Shown here one piece after another: positions 22,956 through 34,300 of a stretch of DNA of 64,000 nt (within the stretch, counting starts at the first letter, position 1; each line of letters opens with the position of its first letter). The position numbers and the translations under genes were made by a program. The notes beneath the pieces were generated by a model. The model worked only from the letters and a program-made list of their open reading frames with translations, was not told the DNA's origin and did not search any database. Source of the stretch: Mobula birostris (Eukaryota); assembly GCF_030028105.1 (NCBI RefSeq), contig NC_092383.1, positions 86,757,921 through 86,821,920 on the forward strand, written 5' to 3'.

Positions 22956-25394
22956 TGAGGAACAGGATTTCTTGGAATGTATGCGGGATGGTTTTCTGAA
23001 CCAACATGTCGAAGAACCAGCTAGAGAGCAGGCCATTCTAGACTGGGTATTCAGCAACGAGGAAGGGTTAATTAGCAATCTTGTCGTGAGAGGTCCCTTG
23101 GGTAAGAGTGACCATAATATGGTGGAATTCTTCATTAAGATGAAGACAGACATAGTTAGTTCAGAAACAAAGGTTCTGAACTTAAAGGGTAACTTTGAAG
23201 GTATGAGACGTGAATTAGCTAAGATAGACTGGCAAATGATACCTAAAGGGTTGATGGTGGATACACAATGGCAAGCATTTAAAGATCGCATGGATGAACT
23301 ACAACAATTGTTCATCCCAGTTTGGCAAAACAATAAACCAGGGAAGGTAGTGCACCCTTGGCTGACAAGGGAAATTAGGGATAGTATCAATTCCAAAGAA
23401 GAAACATACAATATAGCCAGAAAAAGCGGCACACCTGAGGACTGGGAGAAATTCAGAGTCCAGCAGAGGAGGACAAAGGGCTTAATTAGGAAAGGGAAAG
23501 AAGATTATGAGAGAAAACTGGCAGGGAACATAAAAACTGACTGTAAAAGCTTTTATAGATATGGGAAAAGAAAAAGACTGGTTAAGACAAATGTCGGTCC
23601 CTTACAGTCAGAAACAGGTGAATTGATCTTGGGGAACAAGGACATGGCAGGCCAATTGAATAACTACTTTAGTTCTGTCTTCACTGAGGAGGACATAAAT
23701 AATCTTCCAGAAATAGTAGGGGACCGAGTGTCTAGTGAGATGGAGGAACTGAGGGAAATACATGTTAGTAGGGAAGTGGTGTTAGGTAAATTGAAGGGAT
23801 TAAAGGCAGATAAATCCCCAGGGCCAGATGGTCTGCATCCCAGAGTGCTTAAGGAAGTAGCCCAAGAAATAGTGGATGCATTAGTGATAATTTTTCAAAA
23901 CTCTTTAGGTTCTGGACTAGTTCCTGAGGATTGGAGGGTGGCTAATGTAACCCCACTTTTTAAAAAAGGAGGGAGAGAAAAAACAGGGAATTATAGACCG
24001 GTTAGCCTAACATCAGTGGTGGAGAAAATGCTAAAGTCAGTTATCAAAGATGTGATAACAGCACATTTGAAAAGTGGTGAAATCATCGGACAAAGTCAGC
24101 ATGGATTTGTGAAAGGAAAATCATATCTGACGAATCTCATGGAATTTTTTGAGGATGTAACTAGTAGAGTGGATAGGGGATAACCAGTGGATGTGGTATA
24201 TTTGGATTTTCAAAAGGCTTTTGACAAGGTCCCACGCAGGAGATTAGTGTGCAAACTTAAAGCACATGGTATCGGGGGTATGGTATTGATGTGGATAGAG
24301 AATTGGTTGGCAGACAGGAAGCAAAGAGTGGGAATAAACGGGATCTTTTCAGAATGGCAGGCAGTGACTAGTGGGGTACCGCAAGGCACAGTGCTGGGAC
24401 CCCAGTTGTATACAATATATATTAATGACTTAGATGAGGGAATTAAATGCAGCATCTCCAAGTTTGCGGATGACATGAAGCTGGGCGGCAGTGTTAGCTG
24501 TGAGGAGGATGCTAAGAGGATGCAGGGTGACTTGGATAGGTTAGGTGAGTGGGCAAGTTCATGGCAGATGCAATTTAATGTGGATAAATGTGAGGTTATC
24601 CACTTTGGTGGCAAAAACAGGGAAACAGATTATTATCTGTATGATGGCCAATTAGGAAAAGGGGAGGTGCAAGGAGACTTGGGTGTCATTATACACCAGT
24701 CATTGAAAGTGGGTATGCAGGTACAGCAGGCGGTGAAAAAGGCGAATGGTATGCTGGCATTCATAGCAAGAGGATTCGAGTACAGGAGCAGGGAGGTTCT
24801 ACTGCAGTTGTACAAGGCCTTGGTGAGACCACACCTGGAGTATTGTGTGCAGTTTTGGTCCCTTAATCTGAGGAAAGACATTCTTGCCATAGAGGGAGTA
24901 CAAAGAAGGTTCACCAGATTGATTCCTGGGATGGCAGGACTTTCATATGAAGAAAGACTGGATGAACTGGGCTTGTACTCGTTGGAATTTAGAAGATTGA
25001 GGGGGGATCTTATTGAAAGGTATAAAATCCTAAAAGGATTGGACAGGCTAGATGCAGGAAGACTGCTCCCGATGTTGGGGAAGTCCAAAACGAGGAGTCA
25101 CAGTTTAAGGATGAAGGGGAAGCCTTTTAGGACCAAGATGAGGAAAAACTTCTTCACACAGAGAGTGGTGAATCTGTGGAATTCTGTGCCACAGGAAACA
25201 GTTGAGGCCAGTTCATTGGCTATATTTAAGAGGGAGTTAGATATGGCCCTTGTGGCTAAAGGGATCAGGGGGTATGGAGGGAAGGCTGGTACAGGGTTCT
25301 GAGTTGGATGATCAGTCATGATCATACTGAATGGCGGTGCAGGCTCGATGGGCCGAATGGCCTACTCCTGCACTTATTTTCTATGTTTCTATGT
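22956..25394 (+). mobile_element. Young 5'-truncated CR1; ORF2 nearly intact, with an in-frame TAA at 24181-24183
   Basis: ORFs 22972..24183 and 24187..25302 are in the same frame; RT motifs; (ttctatgt)n tail. Confidence 0.95.
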
Positions 25395-28109
25395 GATCTG
25401 ATGAATACCTTCTAAAGCCTCAGTTCTTGGATAACTTCTCAACACCGAATGAAAAATGTTTTATAATCCCACCGTTATCCCACCGATTGGGATTAACCAC
25501 AATGTTTAGACACAATGGCTAAGTGGCCTTTTCACTTTTCTTCACCAGACTCTTATTGTTGTTCATTGCTCTAGTTGCAGAAACAAAAATGCTTTGCTGA
25601 AGATGTTTTGTAACTCTGCACTTGTTCACATCAGTATATTGCACAATAGTCTTTGAGAAATTTTCCAAAAAGTGATGGAGCAATGCAGAAAGAGACGGGA
25701 ACTTCTTTCAGTGTATAGCAACCACTGGTACTTCTCCATATTCTGTTAAGTCAAGTAAAAAGGATAGAAGTTCTAAGCACATCAATGTGTAATTTTTGTA
25801 TTTTAAAGTATACAGTATATGTCTGACTATGCATCTTTGCAACAATAATTTCCTTCGGGATAAATAAAGTTTTAGCTTTCCTTATCTTAACCTCTCTAAT
25901 CCTTCACTGAAGGTGAACATTACACAGTTGACAGCAGTGACTGATGCAATAAACTCAGCACTCATACTATGCAATGTACAGAATTTAAGCAGATATAAAT
26001 TCATGGCTAATATGCTGCACTGTTTCCCCCTAGGACAAATGTAACAAACCCAAAGTAACAAAAGCTCTCTGTGTAAACTGAATTATTTTATCTTTTATCT
26101 ATTTCTAAACAATTGCAAAGTCAGCAACAAAAATTCAGGACAAAATAAATGAGCCACATTCTTGGATCACCTCAACCCTCACACTACAATGAAATCAAAA
26201 GCAAAACATACAAAATGCTGGAGGGACTCAGCACATTAGGCAGCATCTATGGAAATGAATAGATAGTCAAGATATCAGGCTGCTACCCTTACTTACCTCC
26301 TCTTCTCAGCCTGTTATTTCCCCCTGGGTCCCATCCTCCTTTTTCTATGGTCCACTCTCCTCTCATATCAGATTCTTTTGTTTCTAGCCCTTGACCTTTC
26401 CCACTCACCTGTCTTTACCTATCACCTTCCAGCTAGCCTCCTTCCCTTCCTCCCAGGCTTTTTATTCCAAAACATTCTTCCCTCATTCTCAGACCTGAAG
26501 AGGGGCCTTGGGCCAGAATGTAAGTTATCTATTCTTTTCCATAGATGATGATGCCTGGCCTGCTGAGTTCCTCCAGCATTTTGGGTGTGTTGATTTCCAG
26601 CAAATACAGATTTTCTTGCATTTGCTATGAAATCAGAATTGAGCAATTAACATTTTTAGTTAAGCTTCAAGATGCCGCCAATATGTGGCGATTCTCCAAA
26701 CAGCTCCAATGGGAATCATCAAATATTCCCATTTAGGACAACTGCAGCTAATTTACCAACATACAGTATGCCGGTGATATTAAACCTAATTCTGTATTAC
26801 TCCTCCAATATGTGTGACACGTGAGAAGTGTTTTCACTTGTACTGAAGCTCTCCTCAGACTTCATCTGCCCTAGGAATCACGCAGCATGAATCTGGATTA
26901 ATCACACTTCGACTGACGTTGAAAGATCTAACCAGGTGAACAGGGATATTGGGAAGCTAGCAACTGAGAATCTGAGCAAAGGTATGCAGGGTTGGGGTAT
27001 AGAATTGATGTTTCTTTCTGAGACCCTTCATCAGGTCTCATGTCGTGGTTCTCTCGTGTCTCATTTTGATTGAATCATCACCAAGGCAGGTTCAGAGTAA
27101 TGTACAAATCTTGGACTGTAAGTCCATAACTCCCTGAGATTTGGAACAGAGGGAGATGGTAAAGTAGGTGTTAAAGAGAGCTTATGGATTTGGATGAACA
27201 TTTAACATTCAAGAATTCGTGTTGCAGAAGAAACTCATCAGATTGGTGGTTGTACAACAAAAGACATAGGAGCAGAATTAGGTCATTCTTCCTTTAGAAT
27301 CTATCCTACCATTTCATCCTGGCTGATTTAATTTACCTCTCAACCCCATTTCCTACTTTTTCCCTGTAACCTTTGATGTCTTTTCTAACCAAGAACTTAT
27401 CAACCTCTACTTTAAATATATCCAATGACTTGGCCTCCACAGCTGTCTGTGGCAGTGAATTCCACAGATTTATCATCGCATGTCTAAAAAAATTCTTTCA
27501 TCTCTGTTCTATAGGAATGTACTTGTACTCTGAGGCTGTGCCCTCTGGTCCCAGACTCCCCTACTACAGGAAACATCCTCTCCACATTCTCTCTATCTAA
27601 GCCTTTCAATATTTAATAGCGTTCAATAAGAACCCCTCTCATTCTTATAATCTCCAGTGAGTACAGTCCCAGAGCCATCAAATTCTCTTCTGGACAGTAC
27701 TAGTGGTGAGGTATCTTTCAATCTCAGTCACAACACTCAACATGGGCTCTTTCCCTTTCCACCGTTAAATTTTCACCATGAACATTTTTCCCAATGACTC
27801 ACCACAGCTAACATTTTAATCAAGCAAAAAATAAAATTTAGACCATAAGACCATAAGATTTAGAAGCAGAAGTTGGCCATTTGGCGAATCAAGTCTGCTT
27901 CTCCAACTTCCGGAGGAACATGGTGAATCAGGTGGAATCTACAGAGGCAGAGTGATCAACATTTCAGATTAATCTCCTGCTTCGGGAAACCTTCCAGCCA
28001 TTTATTGTTCCATCCGATCAAATCATTTGCTGTTGCTTGCACCTACCATTTTAAAACTTCTCACCATTTCATTCAGTCTTGGGGAATTGTTTAAATGTTT
28101 CTGTATTGC

Positions 28110-28267
28110 TAAATGTAACTGAAAGCTTTTCAGATTGTCACATACCACACAGCAGTTGGGTCACTGTGGTTTTTTTGATCAAACTTCCTGCGACTTCTTC
28201 TTCCATTTTATTTCACAGTTATTTCTCTCTGAGGACAGATAGATCCAAGCTGGATCCTGTGAGTAAA
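28110..28267 (+). promoter_or_regulatory. Putative TATA-less haematopoietic promoter/5'UTR of gene B
   Basis: RUNX motifs ACCACA (28144-28149) and TGTGGTTT (from 28165) and an ETS motif ACTTCCTG (28183-28190) lie ~80-120 nt upstream of the ATG; the block is conserved in the duplicate at ~18.5 kb. TSS not known. Confidence 0.5.
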
Positions 28268-28307
28268 ATGATGTGGTCTTCGATTATTCTGATTGGTTTC
28301 CTACCTG
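28268..28307 (+). CDS. Gene B leader exon MMWSSIILIGFLP(V)
   Basis: gtaaaATGATG... CCT G|gtgagt (strong donor, phase 1); completes the signal peptide with VSGA from the V exon. Confidence 0.88.
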
Positions 28308-31300
28308 GTGAGTGACAACCAGCGCTGTACATTCGCATAGTCATTGTTGGTTTGGGGGTCGTACACTGTTTCCACAACAGTGCTTGAATACCTGTAGGCA
28401 CAAAAGATATTGGAAAATGGAGTTCAGAGTACACTCCTGGAGGAACTCATCAGGCCAAGCAACATCTGTCATGGGGACAGGAAATGACAACAGTTTGGGT
28501 TGAGACCCTGCATCAAGTGTGAGTGGAGAGAGAGATAGTGTACATAGGAGAGGGGGAGGTGTGAGACTGGGTCCACTAGGTGGTCAGGAACTGAAGGGAG
28601 GTGAAGCACAACAGACAAATGCAATGGGGAGGGAAAGGGGTGGAGTTTGGAGATAGGTGAAAGGTGGAAGCAGATAAAGAGAAAAGGTGAATAGTGTGGA
28701 GCCAGGTGGGGAGAGAATATGTCCAGCTGGAGAAATCTTCCAGAGGCTGTTAAGTGGGAATATCAGGTCTACCTTTGCTGGAATCTTATCTCACTCTGCA
28801 GGGATCACTATGACAACTGACGTTATTGTCTTGAAATCAGTGTCTTCCCTGGGGCATTTCAGCGGGGCAATTAGTAAAGAACATTACCAAATCTGGAGTC
28901 AAAGGTAAACCAGGGTGTGTAGATTTCTGTTCTGAAAGGCCTTTCCGATCCAGATGGCATTTTGTCAGTCTGGTAGTTGATCATTATCATTATTGATATG
29001 TGTTTTAAACCAGAAATAATTAATAAATCATCTACTTAAACTCTCAATATATCCTTACAGAAATTGAAATTGCACCTGAATTTCTAGACACTAAGTAGTA
29101 ATGACCACTGTTACACTACCTTCTAATTACACAGCGAAATACTTGATAGGTACAAAATATAAAGTTTCCATCAGAACCAGAGGGCCTGGTTTTAGACATT
29201 ATGAGGGGTTTCTTTCTGCAGTTTATAAACTTGCCTGTAAGTGAGGAGTAAATCAGGACACCAGCCTAATGGAGAGAATTGAAACATGATCTCAAGTGAT
29301 CCTATTGACCTCATCTCAATAGGTTTCAATAGGTACATTTAATGTCAGAGAAATGTATACAATGTAAATCCTGAAATTCTTTTTCTGAGCAAACATCCAT
29401 AAAAACAGAGGAGTGCCTCAAAGAATGAATGACAGTTAAATGTTAGAACCCCAAAGACCCTCCCCAACTCCCCCCTCCTACGCATAAGCAGCAGCAAAGC
29501 AAAGACACCCCCAACAGCAAAAAAAAGCATCACCACCCCCCACTGAGTACTCAAGCGTGCAGCAAAGCATTAATAAAGACACAGACTTGCAGTACCCCAA
29601 AGACTATTCGTTCACCTGGTAATTTAACATACCACAGGCTCTCTCTCTCTCCCTAACAAGGGAAAAGAGGTGTCCCTGTTTCACAGGTAGAAGGGAGACA
29701 TAACAAAGCGACTCACTGATTTATGGTGTTAAAAGTCTGTTGCGTTGTATTTTCCAAGCCCTGTGCCCAAAAGGCTCGGGCCTCTGGGCACACAACCTGC
29801 AGCCAGCTCGCCGCTTACGATCTTCCGTGTACTCCCACAACGCAAGAGCCTTGAATCCGCCTGCCTCCAGAGCCACGAAAAGCCGGCACCCTGAAGGCAC
29901 GCTGATCTTCCAGACTGCATCCTTGGCATATCGAAAAGCGACCAGTCATGAGGCCCCAAAAGTGGGTCCTATTTCTGCCAAGAACTGAATTGAGAGGGGA
30001 AAAAAAGAGCTATCAAAAGATAGAAATAGAGATGTTTCCAAAATGCAAGCAAAGGAGTTGCCATTAGGCTCCTCCTCCAGTTCCAATTTCCTGGAACCTG
30101 AGACACACACACACAAAAATCTGGGAGTATTCCAAATTAATCCTTTGGGAACTTTGTGTACATTTGAATGGGTGATAGGAGGTAATTGAAAGTTCAACAC
30201 TGCGGCTCTCCCTCAGTACTACACTGGAAGGTCAGCCCTGGGTTTCTGCTCAGGACTCTGGAGTGGGAAGTGAACCCACAATGTACTGACACAGGGGAGA
30301 GAGCACTGACACAGCTGACACAGTAACAGCACTGACTGCACTTCACACCAAAACCATTGGCTGTGGAAACATGTGCCACTTGCTGGACGTGACCTGGACG
30401 GGTCTTTAATTGTCATGTTGAAAAATATTAGTTTGCTTTAATCGTTCCTTTCCCCTCAAATCTGAAAATACCTCCCTCAGTTTCAGGTGCATTGTGGGCA
30501 GAGAAATATGTAAAAGGAGTTTTGGGAAGAGCGATCACAATCGATTGTCACTATGAAGAAAAGTACCGCTCACGCAAAAAGTATTGGTGCCATGGATGGA
30601 CTCATCAATGTTCAGTTTTAGTGAAAACAAATGGACAACATGGATGGAGTGGACGAGTGTCAATCACAGATAACCTGGAACAGAGAATATTTACTGTTAC
30701 TATGGATGATCTTCATTCTGGAGATACAGGATGGTACAGCTGTGGAATTGCAATACGAGGTGCCGATCAGATATTTAATGTACACCTACAAGTATCTGAA
30801 GGTAGGTTTCTCAGTGATTGACCTTCTGCCTTCAGCAAAATAAATGTCTCATCTATGTTTCCTCTGTGAAGGATTTTCAGATGTTCATTCAGTGTCTGAT
30901 TGTTGAATTCCTTCCCACAGAACCTGTTTCTGTTCCTGTGCTTCGATATCTGTCACCAGCCAATGTCTCCCGTCTTGGGGGCTCAGTGTCAGTTTCCTGT
31001 GAGTCTCTCCAGGGATCCCATCCCATTCAGTACTCATGGTATGAACAAACCTCATCTGGGCATCCAAAGATCTCAGATACCAATGAACTGGCTCTACATT
31101 GTCAATCCTTCAACCAGAAGCACCATCAATATTACTGCAGTGCCTTGAATTGGCATGGAGCAAGATCCAGTACAATGGTTAATGTGGCAGTCTTCAACAA
31201 CGGAGAGATCTGCAGTTATGTGACAGAAATCAATGGCATCAGTAAGTTCTACTTTCAAGAGAGGATACATTTAAATATTTCTTTTTGTTACTCTGTTACT

Positions 31301-34300
31301 GCTGCTCTTATACTTCTAGTGAGGGTAAGGAATTTCTTTACATTTGTAGAAGCTGTACATTGCAGCCTCCATGGGGTAGAAATAAAGTGCAGTGAACAGT
31401 TAAGTCTGTCACTTCCTCCTGGAAGATGTGGAGCATCCCAAACATAGTTGGACTTGCACCTCCAGAAAACAATGAGAGAATTCTATTCATACTTGTGTCG
31501 AGTTGTGAGACAGTGACACTATCATATAAACAAAAGGAAGGACTCTGAAGAAGACACAAGCAGTATGAAAGAAATTCGAGATTGTCAGAAGGCAGGAGTG
31601 AGTGTAGCTGCTACTACTAAGGAGAAGGTGCTTGGAAAGCTGAGCGGTCTAAAGGTCAATAGGTTGCCTGGACCAGCCAGACTACACCCCACGGTTCTGA
31701 AAGAGGCAGCTGAAGAGATTGTGGAGGCATAAGAAGTGATCTTTAAAGAATAACTGGATTCTGGAATGGTTTTCTAGGACTGGAAAATAGGGAATGTTCC
31801 TCCACTCTTTAAGAATAGAGGGAGACAAATGAAAGGGAACTATAGACCAGTTAGCCTGACTTTAGTGGTTGTGAAAATGTTGAAGTCCATTATCAAGGAT
31901 GAGGTTTTGGATTACTTGAAGGTACATGATTAAATAAGGTATATGGTTAAATATGTCGAGTTCATGGCACCATGGGTGGCTCTGCAGCACAGGAAGGAAG
32001 TAAAAGGAGTGGGAGAGCTATAGTGAAAGGGGATTCGATTAAAAGGGGAGTAGATAGGCGTTTCTGTGGCCGCAAACGAGACTCCAGGAGGGTATGTTGC
32101 CTCCCTGGTGCAAGGGTCAAGGATGTCTCTGAGCGGCTGCAGGACATTCTGGAGTGGGAGGGTGAACAGCCAGTGGTTGTGGTGCACATAGGTACCAACG
32201 ACATAGGTAAAAAACGGGATGAGGTCCTACAAGGTGAATTTAAGGAGTTAGAAGATAAACTAAAAAGTAGGACCACAAAGGTAATAATCTCTGGATTACT
32301 ACCAGTGCCACGTGCTAGTCAGAGTAGAAATAAGAGGATATTTCAGATGAATACGTGGCTTGAAAAATGGTGGAAGGAGGAGGGATTTAAATTTCTAGGG
32401 CATTGGAACCAGTTCTGGAGGAGGTGGGACCGGTACAAACAGGACGGTCTGCACCTGGGCTGGAATGGAACCAATGTCCTAGGGGGATCGTTTGCTACTG
32501 TTGTTCAGGAGGATTTAAACTAATGTGGCAGGGGGCTGGGAACAAGTGCAGAGAGACAGAGGGGTGTAAAATGAGGGTAGAAGCAAAAAGTAGTAAGGTG
32601 AAAAGTGAAAATGGCAGGCTGGCAAATCCAGGGCAAAAATCAAAAAGGGACACTTGTCAACATAATTGTATAAAGGCCAAGGGTGTTGTAAAGGCAAGCC
32701 TGAAGGCTTTGTGTGTCAATGCAAGGAGCATTCGTAACAAGGTGGATGAATTGATTGTGCAGATAGTTATTAATGAATATGATATAGTTGGGATCACAGA
32801 GACATGGCTCCAGGGTGACCAAGGATGGGAGCTCAACATTCAGGGATATTCAATATTCAGGAGGGATAGACATGAAAGAAAAGGAGGTGGGGTGGCATTG
32901 CTGATTAGAGAGAAGATTAATACAATAGAAAGGAAGGACATTAGCCGGGAGGATGTGGAATTAATATGGGTAGAGCTGCATAACACTAAGGGTCAGAAAA
33001 TGCTAGTGGGAGTTGTGTACAGGCCACCTAATAGTAGTGAGGTTGGGGATGGCATTAAACAGGAAATTAGAAATGCGTGCAATAAAGGAACAACAGTTAT
33101 AATGGGTGACTTCAATCTACATATAGATTGGGTGAACCAAATTGGTAAGGGTGCTGAGGATGAGGATTTCTTGGAACATATGCTGGATAGTTTTCTGAAC
33201 CAACAAGAGAGCAGGCCATTCTGGACTGAGTATTGAGCAATGAGGAAGGGTTAGTTAGCAATCTTGTCCTGCGAGGCCCCTTGGGTAAGAGTGACCATAA
33301 TATGGTGGAATTCTTTATTAAGATGGAGAGTGATATAGTTAATTCAGAAACAAAGGTTCTGAACTTAAAGAAAGGTAACTTTGAAGGCATGAGACGTGAA
33401 TTAGCTAAGATAGACTGTCAAATGATACTTAAAGGGTTGATGGTGGATGTGCAATAGCAAGCATTTAAAGATCGCATGGATGAACTACAACAATTGTTCA
33501 TCCCAGTTTGGCAAAAGAATAAGCCAAGGAAGGTAGTGCACCCTTGGCTGACAAGGGAAATTAGGGATAGTATCAATTCCAAAGAAGAAACATACAAATT
33601 AGCCAGAAAAAGCGGCACACCTGAGGACTGGGAGAAATTCAGAGTCCAGCAGAGGAGGACAAAGAGCTTAATTAGGAAAGGGAAAAAAGATTATGAGAGA
33701 AAACTGGCAGGGAACATAAAAACTGACTATAAAAGCTTTTATAGATATGTGAAAAGAAAAAGATTAGTTAAGACAAACGTAGGTCCCTTACAGTCAGAAA
33801 CAGGTGAATTGATTATGGGGAACAAGGACATGGCTGACCAGTTGAATAACTACTTTGGTCCTTTCTTCACTAAGGAGGACATAAATAATCTTCCGGAAAT
33901 AGTAGGGGATCGAGGGTCTAGTGAGATGGAGGAACTGAGGGAAATACATGTTAGTAGGGAAGTGGTGTTAGGTAAATTGAAAGGATTGAAGGCAGATAAA
34001 TCCCCAGGGCCAGATGGTTTGAATCCCAGAGTGCTTAAGGAAGTAGCCCAAGAAATAGTGGATGCATTAGTGATAATTTTTCAAAACTCTTTAGATTCTG
34101 GATTAGTTCCTGAGGATTGGAGGGTGGCTAATGTAAGCCTGCTTTTTAAAATAGGAGGGAGAGAGAAACTGGGGAATTATAGACTGGTAAGCCTGACATC
34201 GGTGGTGGGGAAAATGCTAGAGTCAGTTATCAAAGATGTGATAACAGCACATTTGGAAAGTTGTGAAATCAGCGGACAAAGTCAGCATGGATTTGTGAAA

